From Candidatus Latescibacterota bacterium (GTDB lineage Bacteria; Latescibacterota; UBA2968; UBA8231), in contig OZ253462.1 in assembly GCA_965261395.1 (NCBI GenBank), forward strand, positions 4,768,001 through 4,832,000: a stretch of DNA of 64,000 nucleotides, read 5' to 3'. Made by a program: the position numbers and the translations under genes. The notes beneath the pieces are model-generated. The model saw only the letters and a program-made list of their open reading frames with translations, was not told the origin of the DNA and did not search any database. The stretch's first letter is position 1. Each line of letters starts with the position of its first letter. Below, one piece after another: positions 19,050 through 28,212 of the stretch.

Positions 19050-19062
19050 TTTGGAGGCTCGC

Positions 19063-20019
19063 GTGAAAATCCTAGTCCACTACCCATTCACCGACGAACA
19101 GCACGACCACTTGCGCCAAATAGCACGCGAAAACGGCGGCCACGAAGTCTTTGTGGCCAACGACGAGCAAGAGGCCATCGCCGTAGCCGGCGGGATCGAC
19201 ATCATTGTCGGCCACTTCCCGCCCGCAGTCTGCGCCGCCGCCCCCAACCTGCGCTGGGTCCAGTCCTTCAGCACCGGCATGGACAAGTTCCTCTTCCCCG
19301 AAATCATCGCCCGCGACGAAGTCGCCATTTCCAACGTGGCCGGGCTATACGCCCCCCAAGGCGGCGAACACGCCTGGGCCTTGCTCCTCGCCCTGACCCG
19401 AGGCATCAATCAGTCGATTCGCCAAAACGACCAGCGCAAGTGGGCCGGCGGTTCCACCGTCGAGTTGACTGGACAGACGTTGGGCCTTGTAGGGCTCGGA
19501 GGCTTTGGGCTTGAAATGGCCAAGCGGGCCGCCGGGTACGACATGCCGATCATCGCCATCGACCCGGTGCGCCGCGACTTGCCGCCGGGCATTTCCGAAC
19601 TCAGGGATAACAGCCGCGAAAACCTGCACGACCTCCTCCGTCGCGCCGACGTGGTGATGATGGCCTGTCCGCTCACCAAGGAGACGCACCATCTCATCGG
19701 GAGTGAAGAACTAGCACTGATGAAGGAGAGCGCCTATCTGATCAACGTGACGCGGGGCGGAATCATCGACGAGGACGCGCTCTGCCAAGCACTGCACGAC
19801 GGGCAGATCGCCGGGGCCGGTATCGACGTCACTGAGATCGAGCCGTTGCCCCCAGAATCCCCGCTGTGGGACGCGCCCAACATCATCCTCACTCCGCATC
19901 GGGCCGGAGCCTCACAGCACCGACCGCGCAAAGTCTACGAGTTCTTCTGCACCCAATTAGAGCGCTACCTCAAGGGCGAGCCGGTGCTCAATATTATCGA
20001 TAAGAAGAAAGGGTACTAG
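19063..20019 (+). CDS. D-2-hydroxyacid dehydrogenase (NAD-binding)
   Basis: GLGGFG, INVTRG, DVTEIEP, TPHRAG; GTG start after GGAGG. Confidence 0.9.
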   Translation: MKILVHYPFTDEQHDHLRQIARENGGHEVFVANDEQEAIAVAGGIDIIVGHFPPAVCAAAPNLRWVQSFSTGMDKFLFPEIIARDEVAISNVAGLYAPQGGEHAWALLLALTRGINQSIRQNDQRKWAGGSTVELTGQTLGLVGLGGFGLEMAKRAAGYDMPIIAIDPVRRDLPPGISELRDNSRENLHDLLRRADVVMMACPLTKETHHLIGSEELALMKESAYLINVTRGGIIDEDALCQALHDGQIAGAGIDVTEIEPLPPESPLWDAPNIILTPHRAGASQHRPRKVYEFFCTQLERYLKGEPVLNIIDKKKGY

Positions 20020-20136
20020 GGCATGGCATTTGCCCTAGGCGACGTCGTCTGCTTCGTCTCCAATCCGTCTGCCTGAACAACAGCCGCTGACCGCTTTGAT
20101 CGTCCGGCCAATTCGCCCCGACGAGGAGACTGTTAA

Positions 20137-20292
20137 ATGAACATTGGACTATTTACTCGCGAGGGAAAGAATTTGGTCGGACGCATCGGCCCGCTCGCGT
20201 TGGCTTGGGATCGGCACGAGGGCGGCAGACTGGCCATATCCCGGCTAGTCGCCGGAGAGCCGCTGCCGGTCGGTCGCTTCGCCATACCCTGA
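20137..20292 (+). CDS. Small ORF (51 aa) or gene fragment
   Basis: GAGGAG RBS then MNIGLFTREGKNLVGRIGPLALAWDRHEGGRLAISRLVAGEPLPVGRFAIP*. Confidence 0.35.
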   Translation: MNIGLFTREGKNLVGRIGPLALAWDRHEGGRLAISRLVAGEPLPVGRFAIP

Positions 20293-20335
20293 AGTTATGA
20301 TCAGTCCGTTCCGAATGCCATTGTCGTAAATATCA

Positions 20336-20381
20336 GGCATGAAACTGACTGAATTAACGTTAGTTCAGTCAGTTTCATGCC
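20336..20381. repeat. 46-bp near-perfect palindrome
   Basis: GGCATGAAACTGACTGAATTAAC|GTTAGTTCAGTCAGTTTCATGCC, one T/G mismatch. Confidence 0.9.
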
Positions 20382-20404
20382 CGTAATTACAGAGCGAGCA
20401 CCCG

Positions 20405-21160
20405 ATGGAACTGGAAATAACCTCCCTGCACCAAGAACAGTACGAGCGCGACGGCTATGCGATCGTCCGCAGCGGCTTTACCTACGACGAGTGCGATCGC
20501 TTTGTCGCCTACATGATGGATCTCCACACCGGCCGTTCCAGCGTCGAGGGCTATCCCCCGCGCCAGCCGGACGATTGGAGCCGCTTAATCAGCCGCAGCC
20601 TGCACCATCCCGCCGGCCTAGCCTGGATGCTCGATCCCAGGCTGCGCCAGCCGCTGCGCACCTTTCTCGGCGAGGATCCCGACGGAGTTCAGAGCATGTA
20701 CTTTTACAAGGGTTCCGAGCAACGCCGACACCAAGACGCCTTTTTCCTACCGGGCTGCATGTCGGCTTGGGTCGCTCTCCAGCCAGTCAGCGCCCGCAAC
20801 GGCAGCATTCACATTCAGGTAGGCTCCCACAAGGGGGACCTAATAGAAAAGCGCCATTTCCGCCGTGATGAAAACGACGAGCCAGGCCCTTGGTATGGCT
20901 GGGACCAGGACGACGCCTTTGACGCCCTTTTCGCGCGCAATGGGTTGCCGGAAATTGCCATTGAAGCAGACAAAGGCGACATCGTGTTCTTCAACGGCCG
21001 CTTAATCCACCGCGGCGGCCCCATTCTGGACGAGGGATCTTTTCGCCATAGCTGGGCCGGCCACTATATTCCCCACTCCTACAATCCGTGGCCCTACGAG
21101 AGCCACCCCAGATTGCGCGTCTTCTTCGACGGCGTGTGCCGCTTTACGCCCACCCACTGA
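20405..21160 (+). CDS. PhyH family Fe/2OG oxygenase
   Basis: RRHQDAFF, NGSIHIQVGSH, LIHRGG, distal Arg. Confidence 0.88.
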   Translation: MELEITSLHQEQYERDGYAIVRSGFTYDECDRFVAYMMDLHTGRSSVEGYPPRQPDDWSRLISRSLHHPAGLAWMLDPRLRQPLRTFLGEDPDGVQSMYFYKGSEQRRHQDAFFLPGCMSAWVALQPVSARNGSIHIQVGSHKGDLIEKRHFRRDENDEPGPWYGWDQDDAFDALFARNGLPEIAIEADKGDIVFFNGRLIHRGGPILDEGSFRHSWAGHYIPHSYNPWPYESHPRLRVFFDGVCRFTPTH

Positions 21161-21181
21161 GACCGCTTCGCCGGATTATTT

Positions 21182-21262
21182 ATGAGATTCTTCGGTATGT
21201 GGCTGGTTATCGACTATTTCACGGGTATGCAGGAAAACCGGAGCCTTCGTTTGAGAGGCTAA
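21182..21262 (+). pseudogene. C-terminal relic of a DUF6785/DUF6784 membrane protein gene
   Basis: Encodes GMWLVIDYFTGM (21194-21229), identical to the C-terminal segment of the paralogs at 29065 and 31133. Confidence 0.8.
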
Positions 21263-21289
21263 AACCAAAAGACAAGGAGGAGGTTGACC

Positions 21290-22660
21290 ATGAAACTATG
21301 GATGGATGTAATGCGCGATCTCGAGAGCGTGATGAACAATCACGAGCGCATACTCGATGCTTGGGCAGAGGGCGGCGTCGATGGAGTCGTGTTCGGTCCA
21401 CTCGTTTTCGGCACTTCGAAACTGTCGAAGGATACAGTGTCCGCTCCCACCGGCAATATCGTGGCGGAGGCGTACGATCCAAACCCGGCGGTGTACGCGC
21501 GGCTCGGAGTCGAGCCACCGCCACCACCGGCACAGAAGCTGCCCGAGAAAAGAGCCTTGTTAGAAAAGACGATGAACGCCGCCAAGGACCGCGGCATGCA
21601 AGTTTACTGCATGTACGCCGACGGTGGTGCCGGTCCAGGGGGTACGGGCCATCACCTGCACGACGATAAGACGCTGGCATCGCGGGTGGCGCGCATGGTC
21701 GATACGCTAGAGCACTTCCCGATGGCGGACGGCGCCGTGATGGACGGGCCGGAGTGGGGGTACGAAATCGCCCCCCATCACATGAATCACCGCTCCTATT
21801 TCTTTCACGACCTGCCAGAATCTGTGGCACCGATGGCCGAGGACCTGGGGTACGACTACGAGGCCATGGTGGCTGCAAAAGACAGGCTCCTGTCCCTGTT
21901 CCACAACCTCGATCCGGTGCGCATCCGCGGACACGCCCGCGGCGGCTTGGTCGGAGCCCACCGCATGCTCGGAGCCGATCCCGACCTGATGGCTTGGCTG
22001 TCGTTCCGCGCCGACTCGCTGACGCGCTATTTTCGCCACATCCGCGCAGGCGTCGCCGCCGAGCTAGAGCGCCCGGTGCGCCTCGGATGCGGCCCGCGCT
22101 CGGCCGCCTTCGCGCCCTTGTGCGGGTACGACTTCGTCGATCTGGCCCAGTTCATGGATTTCCTGCTGCCGAAACACTACTTCTTCCAGCGCGGCTTCGA
22201 CGGTTTCCTCGGCACGGTTTATCGCTACTCGCAGACACTCTTGGAGTGGAATCCGGGGATTAGTGTGGCCGACACCCTCGATGTCGTGCAGGCTCTCTTC
22301 GGCATCGTCCTACCGGGCGTAGGCGACGACATGCTCGACTTCGAGAGCGCCCTCAGTCCGGAGTTTTTCGAGCAGGTGGTAACGCAGGAGACGCGACGGG
22401 CGCTGGCCTCGGTTGACGACCCGGAGCGCATCGTGCCCTGGCTCGACACCGGTCGCTTTCCCCACGACGGCGACCCGATGTCGGCGCGCGACCTCAAGAT
22501 GTTGCTCGACGCCGCCGAAGCTGCGGGGCTGCGGCGCTTCAACTACCATCACCAAGGGAACCTTAGTCCAGGTGAATGGGTGGTCATTAGCGACAAATGC
22601 GGAACCCGCTGGGACCCGCGCAAGAGCGACTACGAGCCGCCGGACGAGTTGGTGTTGTAG
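21290..22660 (+). CDS. Conserved hypothetical protein, probable TIM-barrel
   Basis: Strong RBS (AGGAGGAGG), long ORF with host codon usage, alternating beta/alpha pattern (DGAVMDGPEWG). Confidence 0.7.
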   Translation: MKLWMDVMRDLESVMNNHERILDAWAEGGVDGVVFGPLVFGTSKLSKDTVSAPTGNIVAEAYDPNPAVYARLGVEPPPPPAQKLPEKRALLEKTMNAAKDRGMQVYCMYADGGAGPGGTGHHLHDDKTLASRVARMVDTLEHFPMADGAVMDGPEWGYEIAPHHMNHRSYFFHDLPESVAPMAEDLGYDYEAMVAAKDRLLSLFHNLDPVRIRGHARGGLVGAHRMLGADPDLMAWLSFRADSLTRYFRHIRAGVAAELERPVRLGCGPRSAAFAPLCGYDFVDLAQFMDFLLPKHYFFQRGFDGFLGTVYRYSQTLLEWNPGISVADTLDVVQALFGIVLPGVGDDMLDFESALSPEFFEQVVTQETRRALASVDDPERIVPWLDTGRFPHDGDPMSARDLKMLLDAAEAAGLRRFNYHHQGNLSPGEWVVISDKCGTRWDPRKSDYEPPDELVL

Positions 22661-22662
22661 CT

Positions 22663-24228
22663 CTACTCTTCCCTAGGTCCGATGACGCGGCGGGCGCGGT
22701 CGCTCAATCGCTGCGGGGTCCATTTCGGCTCGCGGACGAGGCGCACCTCGATTTCGCCGACGTCCTGCAAACGAGCGCGGAGCTGCTCCTCAATGCCAGC
22801 GGAAAACCAATCGAACCACGTTTCGCGTCCCGCGTACGGTATGACGATGTCGACGCGGATGTCGCTCCCTTGGATGACGACATCGCGCACGATTCCGATA
22901 TCTACGAAGCTAAGCTGGCGCTGTCCCCAGGGTGATCCCTGAACGTAGAGCTCGAATTCGTTGGTGGCCCGCAGCGCGTCCATGACATTGTCGAGGTTGA
23001 TCGGCCTAGGAGCTGGGAGGACCTCGCCTTGGGTGATCGGGTTGAGCAGGCGTTGCTGGTGGCTGACGAGGTCGGCGAGGCCGCCGTGCTCTCCCCCCTC
23101 TTCGTACCGATGCAGGACATAGGCGTTCCTTTCGTACACGTGCTCGCCAGCGCGCATCGCCGCGTGCTGTACCGGATAGCGGACCCAAGTGCCGGTGTGC
23201 GAGAATCCAGCGTGGGCCGGCTGCGGCCAACTTGGGTTGGTATTCTCGAATTCGAGGTGAATGCTGCCGAATCCTTCGCCGGTTTCGCGGTTGAAATGGG
23301 TCACCCAGCTCGGGTCCTCGCGCTGCCAGCCCCGGGCCCCAAAACCGATCTCTCCCTCCGGTCCCATCCAAGCTCGTTCGGGCAGGTGTTCGCCGATGAC
23401 GAACTCGTCGTTGCGGCAGTCGCGGAAACGCACATCCTCGAGAACCTCGAGTTTCGATTCCATAACGACGTAGGGCTGACCGGCCCAGAAGCTGTAAGTC
23501 ACGGTAGCCATGACCTTGTGGAGCCGACCGACTTGGGGCCCGATTGACAAGATCGGGTGGCCCCAGCGGCGGATGCGCACGCAGACCGGTCCCCTGACCA
23601 CATCGTAGTCGAACATGGGTGGACCATCCCAGTTGGTGAGCCGGTAGCGGCCGACGCGCTCGTCGCTCCAGTCAGGCCCCCAGTGAATGGTGCCTTCGAC
23701 TCCGTGGCCATGCCGATTTACGAGTTCTGCTGGCCCCCTTTTCGAGTAGTGATTCTTCCAGTTGCCGTTCATCTTCCCGAGGACAGCCCGATAATACTCG
23801 TTTTCCACCTCAAGGGCATACCCTTCGCCCGAGACCTTGAGCTCGGTGTCGTAGCAGGGTTCGGGTGCCTCCGGGTTGCCGTATAGCAGGAGGTAGGTCG
23901 CCGAACCCCTGGCGGCCACATCGGCAAGGAAAAACAGCCGACAGCGCAGCAGCTCGTCCTCGCGGTCCATGAGATGAGCCTGACTCGGCACGACTTCTAT
24001 AGGACCGTTTTCGCCGGAGAGACGAGCGACGCGGACCTCTCGGCCGAGGTCGGTGACGTGGGCGGCGTGAATGTCCACGTCCGCTTCGACCGGTTCGTCC
24101 CGGCGGTCGTGTGCGGTGTCGTTCACCAGCATCAGGCGCTTGGCGTACTGCCAGCCAAGAAGCGATTGCGGCAGGGATGCGGTCGAGTCCCAGTCGCAGG
24201 CGGGAATGTAGATCGAAGAGTCCTTCAT
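22663..24228 (-). CDS. Hypothetical beta-rich protein with C-terminal DUF59 (SufT/PaaD-like) domain
   Basis: C-terminus VMDALR...SFVDIGIVRDV...VRLVREPKWTPQRLSDRARRVIG matches DUF59. Confidence 0.7.
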   Translation of the reverse strand: MKDSSIYIPACDWDSTASLPQSLLGWQYAKRLMLVNDTAHDRRDEPVEADVDIHAAHVTDLGREVRVARLSGENGPIEVVPSQAHLMDREDELLRCRLFFLADVAARGSATYLLLYGNPEAPEPCYDTELKVSGEGYALEVENEYYRAVLGKMNGNWKNHYSKRGPAELVNRHGHGVEGTIHWGPDWSDERVGRYRLTNWDGPPMFDYDVVRGPVCVRIRRWGHPILSIGPQVGRLHKVMATVTYSFWAGQPYVVMESKLEVLEDVRFRDCRNDEFVIGEHLPERAWMGPEGEIGFGARGWQREDPSWVTHFNRETGEGFGSIHLEFENTNPSWPQPAHAGFSHTGTWVRYPVQHAAMRAGEHVYERNAYVLHRYEEGGEHGGLADLVSHQQRLLNPITQGEVLPAPRPINLDNVMDALRATNEFELYVQGSPWGQRQLSFVDIGIVRDVVIQGSDIRVDIVIPYAGRETWFDWFSAGIEEQLRARLQDVGEIEVRLVREPKWTPQRLSDRARRVIGPREE

Positions 24229-24558
24229 GCGGGGTTTTTCCTTGGCAAGAGAGTAAACTTCGTCAGATGGTCAAAGGCGGAGAGTACGCAGAACCTGTAG
24301 AGCCGTTTCAAAACCCGTTCTGTTTTAGGAACGCCTAGAAAGGACTATCCATTAAGCGACCTTTAGGTTTCCGCACAAAGTCTGCTTCAACCCGCCTACA
24401 CAGGCAGGGAAAGGTGCTATTGAGTACGTCTTCCCACGAATATGTAACGGATGTGACCGATACACAATGACAGCAGCCTGATCGACTGTTGCTGACGCAC
24501 CGATAGGTGATCGAATGGACGTTTCGGTGTGCCGTTGCGAAGTCCGCTGATCCCGCGG

Positions 24559-26772
24559 TCAGCCGAGCTGGCGTTGAACGTAGATTGGGCTGCTCCAAGC
24601 GCGGTGCTGATCGCACTGCGTCAGTTGCACCCAGTAGGGACATAGACCATTTGCCGTCCGCGCGTCCCGGAACGCGAGTTCTACTCGCCGCGGCAAGTTC
24701 GGGTTCGGAGCCGGTCCGACGATGACGTGCCGACTGACGCCCCCGGCATCCACTCTCATCGGTTGTTCTCGCACCTGAGCCAAGCCAAATTCAAAGGTCG
24801 CCGGGCAGGATTCAAAGCGGCACGATGTCGCCGCGTCTGCTTCGATTTCTAGGCACATCCCCATGCGGTTGCCGGCAGTGACCGTGTCGAAACAGACCGT
24901 TTGGTCGTCGGCCTGTTCGATGCGGTCGAAGGGAGAGACCAAAGCGACTGGCTCGACGTTGGCGATTCGTCCGTTTTCGACGACGAACCGGCCCTTCCAG
25001 CAGACGCGCTGATCGGGAGCACTGCCGTGCCGTTCGGTTCCTCCCCAAAGGATGCGCAAGGCTCCTTCGGCAGATGCCACCGTCGGTCGCCAGGTCCACA
25101 GCAGGTCGGGGCCGCACAGCAGGTCAATCTGCTCAATCCCCGCCGTTCCCTCGGCCTCGATTGACACAAGGGGAGCATCCGCGGTCGCGTATTCGCTGCC
25201 CATGAGATGGCCGTCGGCTCGGACGTCGAGCAGTATGCGGGGTCCGTCAGTAGCGTAACACCGCCGCGCTGCAATCGCTTCCCACAACGCATCCTGGGTG
25301 AGTTCGGAGGCTAGAAAAGCGGTGCCACCGCTGCGCGCGTTGCGGATAAGCCGGCTACCGGGATGGTCGCATCCGGGCCGGCCGGCAACGCCGTCGGTTC
25401 CAGCGGTTATTCCGACGCGGTAACCGCGACGCAAGGCGTCGAGCACGAACCAGTCCGAAGTGCCGTGGGTGGAGTGGATCTCGGCGAGGGTTTCGATTCC
25501 CGGCTCGTGGAAATCGAGATTAGTCGGCCGGCCGCCGGCGTGCATGTTGATGAATACCTCTTCATTTCGCATAACAGCCAAAAACTCGGTCGCTGTTTCG
25601 AGGTCGGGCTCCGGATCGGGCACGTCTTCGGTGAAGAAGCGACCAGAACGCCGCAAGCGCGGCTCATCGCGTCGGTACATGACGTTGCGGTCGCCGCCGT
25701 CCGGTGTGTAGGCGCTCCACTCGCACCCGAGAAAGGCGATGAAGCTTCCCTCCTCATTGGCGGCGGCTGACTCGCGGCGCGTTTGCTCCCACAGGTCCAG
25801 GCTGACGTGGTGGTCGTTCCCTTGGTGCGAGCAGACCTGCAGACCGGCTACGTAACGGGCGTAGTCGAAGTGGTGGCGCACCGAGCCAACGCCGCAGCCG
25901 ATTCGGCCCTGGCCAGCATGCAGGTCGCCCCAGAAGATGCGCAACGGAGGGGGCTTAGCGGCGATGCGCACCGGATTGGTTTCTGCCCGCAGTTGGCAGC
26001 GAGGAACAGCGACCGCAATGCGATGGATCCCCGGGCTGGCGATGCGCACCCGTGCTTGGTAAGCAGGCATGTCTCCAACCCTTTCGACGGCGACCACTCT
26101 GACCCCGTCGGCAGGGATTACCTCTGGAACGGAATCCTCAAGGAGCAAGGGATTTCCCCACTCGTCCTCAACGCGCAGCGTCAGTACGAGATCTTCGTCG
26201 ACGAGCCCGTCTGCCGGAGCGAGGGCGAACAGCCGCGCCGGGACTCCAGCTACAATGGGGAATCCGCGCACAGGCGGGAGCTGGATCCAACGGTCGCCGC
26301 CGTCCGGATTAATTAGAAAGAGCAGCTCGGCATCGGGCACTACAAAGGTGGGAGAACGCCACTCCCGGCAGATCAGTTCAACCACATCTCCCTCGGTCAG
26401 CACACCGGAGAGGACTTCGACATCGATATGGTGATTCCACGGAATCAGGTCGCCCCGGAAGGCAAAAGTCACCCGCAAGGCGACCTCGCGCCGCGAGCAG
26501 AATGCGTGGACGTACCCCGGAGCGCTGGGATCACTCGTCTGTAGCATGGCCCAGTCGAACGGCCACAGCCAAGCGACCCGTACGTGGCCGCCTGCGGGGA
26601 TTGCCGTCTCGCCAAGATCGAACCGCAGGGTCAGCTCGATATTATCTCCCGCCTGCACCGCGGTGGACCGCGCTATGTGACCGCTGCCGTGCAGGCGACG
26701 GCGTTCTTCGAGGTCGATAGCGGGAAAGTGGTGGATTTGAGGCCGGTTGGGGAAACCGCTTTTCACCAACAT
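24559..26772 (-). CDS. DUF3604 / PHP-like metallohydrolase
   Basis: FWGDLH, GCEWS, GGDRNV, EIHSTHG, AGTDG...PG, ARRCYATDG, AWSSPIY. Confidence 0.8.
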   Translation of the reverse strand: MLVKSGFPNRPQIHHFPAIDLEERRRLHGSGHIARSTAVQAGDNIELTLRFDLGETAIPAGGHVRVAWLWPFDWAMLQTSDPSAPGYVHAFCSRREVALRVTFAFRGDLIPWNHHIDVEVLSGVLTEGDVVELICREWRSPTFVVPDAELLFLINPDGGDRWIQLPPVRGFPIVAGVPARLFALAPADGLVDEDLVLTLRVEDEWGNPLLLEDSVPEVIPADGVRVVAVERVGDMPAYQARVRIASPGIHRIAVAVPRCQLRAETNPVRIAAKPPPLRIFWGDLHAGQGRIGCGVGSVRHHFDYARYVAGLQVCSHQGNDHHVSLDLWEQTRRESAAANEEGSFIAFLGCEWSAYTPDGGDRNVMYRRDEPRLRRSGRFFTEDVPDPEPDLETATEFLAVMRNEEVFINMHAGGRPTNLDFHEPGIETLAEIHSTHGTSDWFVLDALRRGYRVGITAGTDGVAGRPGCDHPGSRLIRNARSGGTAFLASELTQDALWEAIAARRCYATDGPRILLDVRADGHLMGSEYATADAPLVSIEAEGTAGIEQIDLLCGPDLLWTWRPTVASAEGALRILWGGTERHGSAPDQRVCWKGRFVVENGRIANVEPVALVSPFDRIEQADDQTVCFDTVTAGNRMGMCLEIEADAATSCRFESCPATFEFGLAQVREQPMRVDAGGVSRHVIVGPAPNPNLPRRVELAFRDARTANGLCPYWVQLTQCDQHRAWSSPIYVQRQLG

Positions 26773-26787
26773 GGGATGGACTCCATA

Positions 26788-28212
26788 CTATAAAGCCAGA
26801 TGCTCATCGAGCGCGGCGCTGAGCCGGTGCAGAACCTCGGGAAACGCGGAGGACACATCGTCCCTTTCGTTGTGCTCGAGATCGTACAGTATTTGGGGTC
26901 GATCGCGCTGAAGGCGCTTTGTCTCCTCAGGCGGAATATGCATCGGCTCGAAGATGTCTCCTCCGATGCGCTTCCCCGGGTCGTAGCCGCGAACCAACTT
27001 GAAACGGCCGTCGAAGACCATGCGCCAAGCACTCAGGCCAGAAAACACCAAATCGCGGTGTATGTCCCCACCTCCTCCGAGATAACCGACAAGGGAGCGA
27101 CTGTCGAAATCTTCACCAAGCATCAGCCCGGCCCACTCGAGGAAGCTAGCGGTCAGGTCGAGGGTCGTCATCGGAGCGTCGTCGCGACCGGCCGCAGCCA
27201 CCCCCGGGCCTGCTATTACCAAGGGGACCCCGACCGATGCCTGCAGGGGGGACAGCTTTTGCCACTGATTGTAATCCCCGAGCATCTCGCCGTGGTCGCT
27301 GGTAAAAACAACGACCGTGTTCTCTAGGTCCCCCCTCTCGCAAACACGCTCTACCAAGCGTCCGAGGCACTGATCGAGGTGTTCGACGGTGGCAGCCCAG
27401 CTGCGGCGCACCTCCTGATGAGTCTCAGGGGAAATATTCTCGGTGTTGAACAGGGGAAGAGGAAAATCGACCGGTGGTTCGCGGTACCACCGGTGCATCG
27501 ACTCGGTGACGTCCCAGGGGTGATGGGGATTCTGTAGATTCACCTCTAGGTACCACGGCTTGTCGTTGGGTGCCCAATCGATCAGGGTGAGGGCGTTGGT
27601 AGTAATCCAAGTATCGAAGTAGGCGTCGTCGGGCAACGTCGTTGGAAAAGTAGCTGTCCACACTCCCTCTTGGCTGCGGCGCACGTAGTCGGCAATGTGC
27701 TCCTGTGCCAAGCCGCGCTCGTGTAGGAACGCCATGTACGAATCCTGAGGAACCATGTCGTTGCGGCGCATCAGGATGGTCGCTTGGTTCAGGCCGGCGT
27801 TGAAGATGGCGTCGGAAAACCCCCATTCTTCCAGCCCCTGTCGGCCGTTGATCCCCCGGTGGAACTGTGGAGGGTTGCCAGATTGATTGCGGCCCACGTG
27901 GTGTTTGCCGGCCGCCATGACGTGGTATCCAGCCTCGTCGCGCAGACGCAGGTGGTACTTGGGCAGATTGTCAGGGGGGTAGGTGTCGTTGCCCCACACT
28001 TGGGTGCGGTCGTACTCCTGCCCGGCCACCAAGCAGGAGCGCGAAGGAGCGCAAACAGGCGACGGACAGATGGTATTGGCGAGCCAGATCCCGCGGTCAG
28101 CGAGTTGCCGCAGATGCGGGGTACGCACCGGGATGTCTGGGTTCATCTCGACCCACTCCGGCCGCTGCTGATCGGTGAGGACAAATAGTATGTTGGGGCG
28201 TTTGTTAGGCAT
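26788..28212 (-). CDS. Formylglycine-dependent sulfatase
   Basis: PNILFVLTDQQR, CAPSR (CxPxR), GKHH, PHHP, TSDHGEMLGD; start MPNKRP overlaps the upstream stop. Confidence 0.93.
   Translation of the reverse strand: MPNKRPNILFVLTDQQRPEWVEMNPDIPVRTPHLRQLADRGIWLANTICPSPVCAPSRSCLVAGQEYDRTQVWGNDTYPPDNLPKYHLRLRDEAGYHVMAAGKHHVGRNQSGNPPQFHRGINGRQGLEEWGFSDAIFNAGLNQATILMRRNDMVPQDSYMAFLHERGLAQEHIADYVRRSQEGVWTATFPTTLPDDAYFDTWITTNALTLIDWAPNDKPWYLEVNLQNPHHPWDVTESMHRWYREPPVDFPLPLFNTENISPETHQEVRRSWAATVEHLDQCLGRLVERVCERGDLENTVVVFTSDHGEMLGDYNQWQKLSPLQASVGVPLVIAGPGVAAAGRDDAPMTTLDLTASFLEWAGLMLGEDFDSRSLVGYLGGGGDIHRDLVFSGLSAWRMVFDGRFKLVRGYDPGKRIGGDIFEPMHIPPEETKRLQRDRPQILYDLEHNERDDVSSAFPEVLHRLSAALDEHLAL

Noticed and set aside
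24298-24340. Imperfect inverted repeat resembling an IS end (TAGAGCCGTTTCAAAAC)
   Set aside because: Arms match poorly, with no transposase, partner end or TSD visible.
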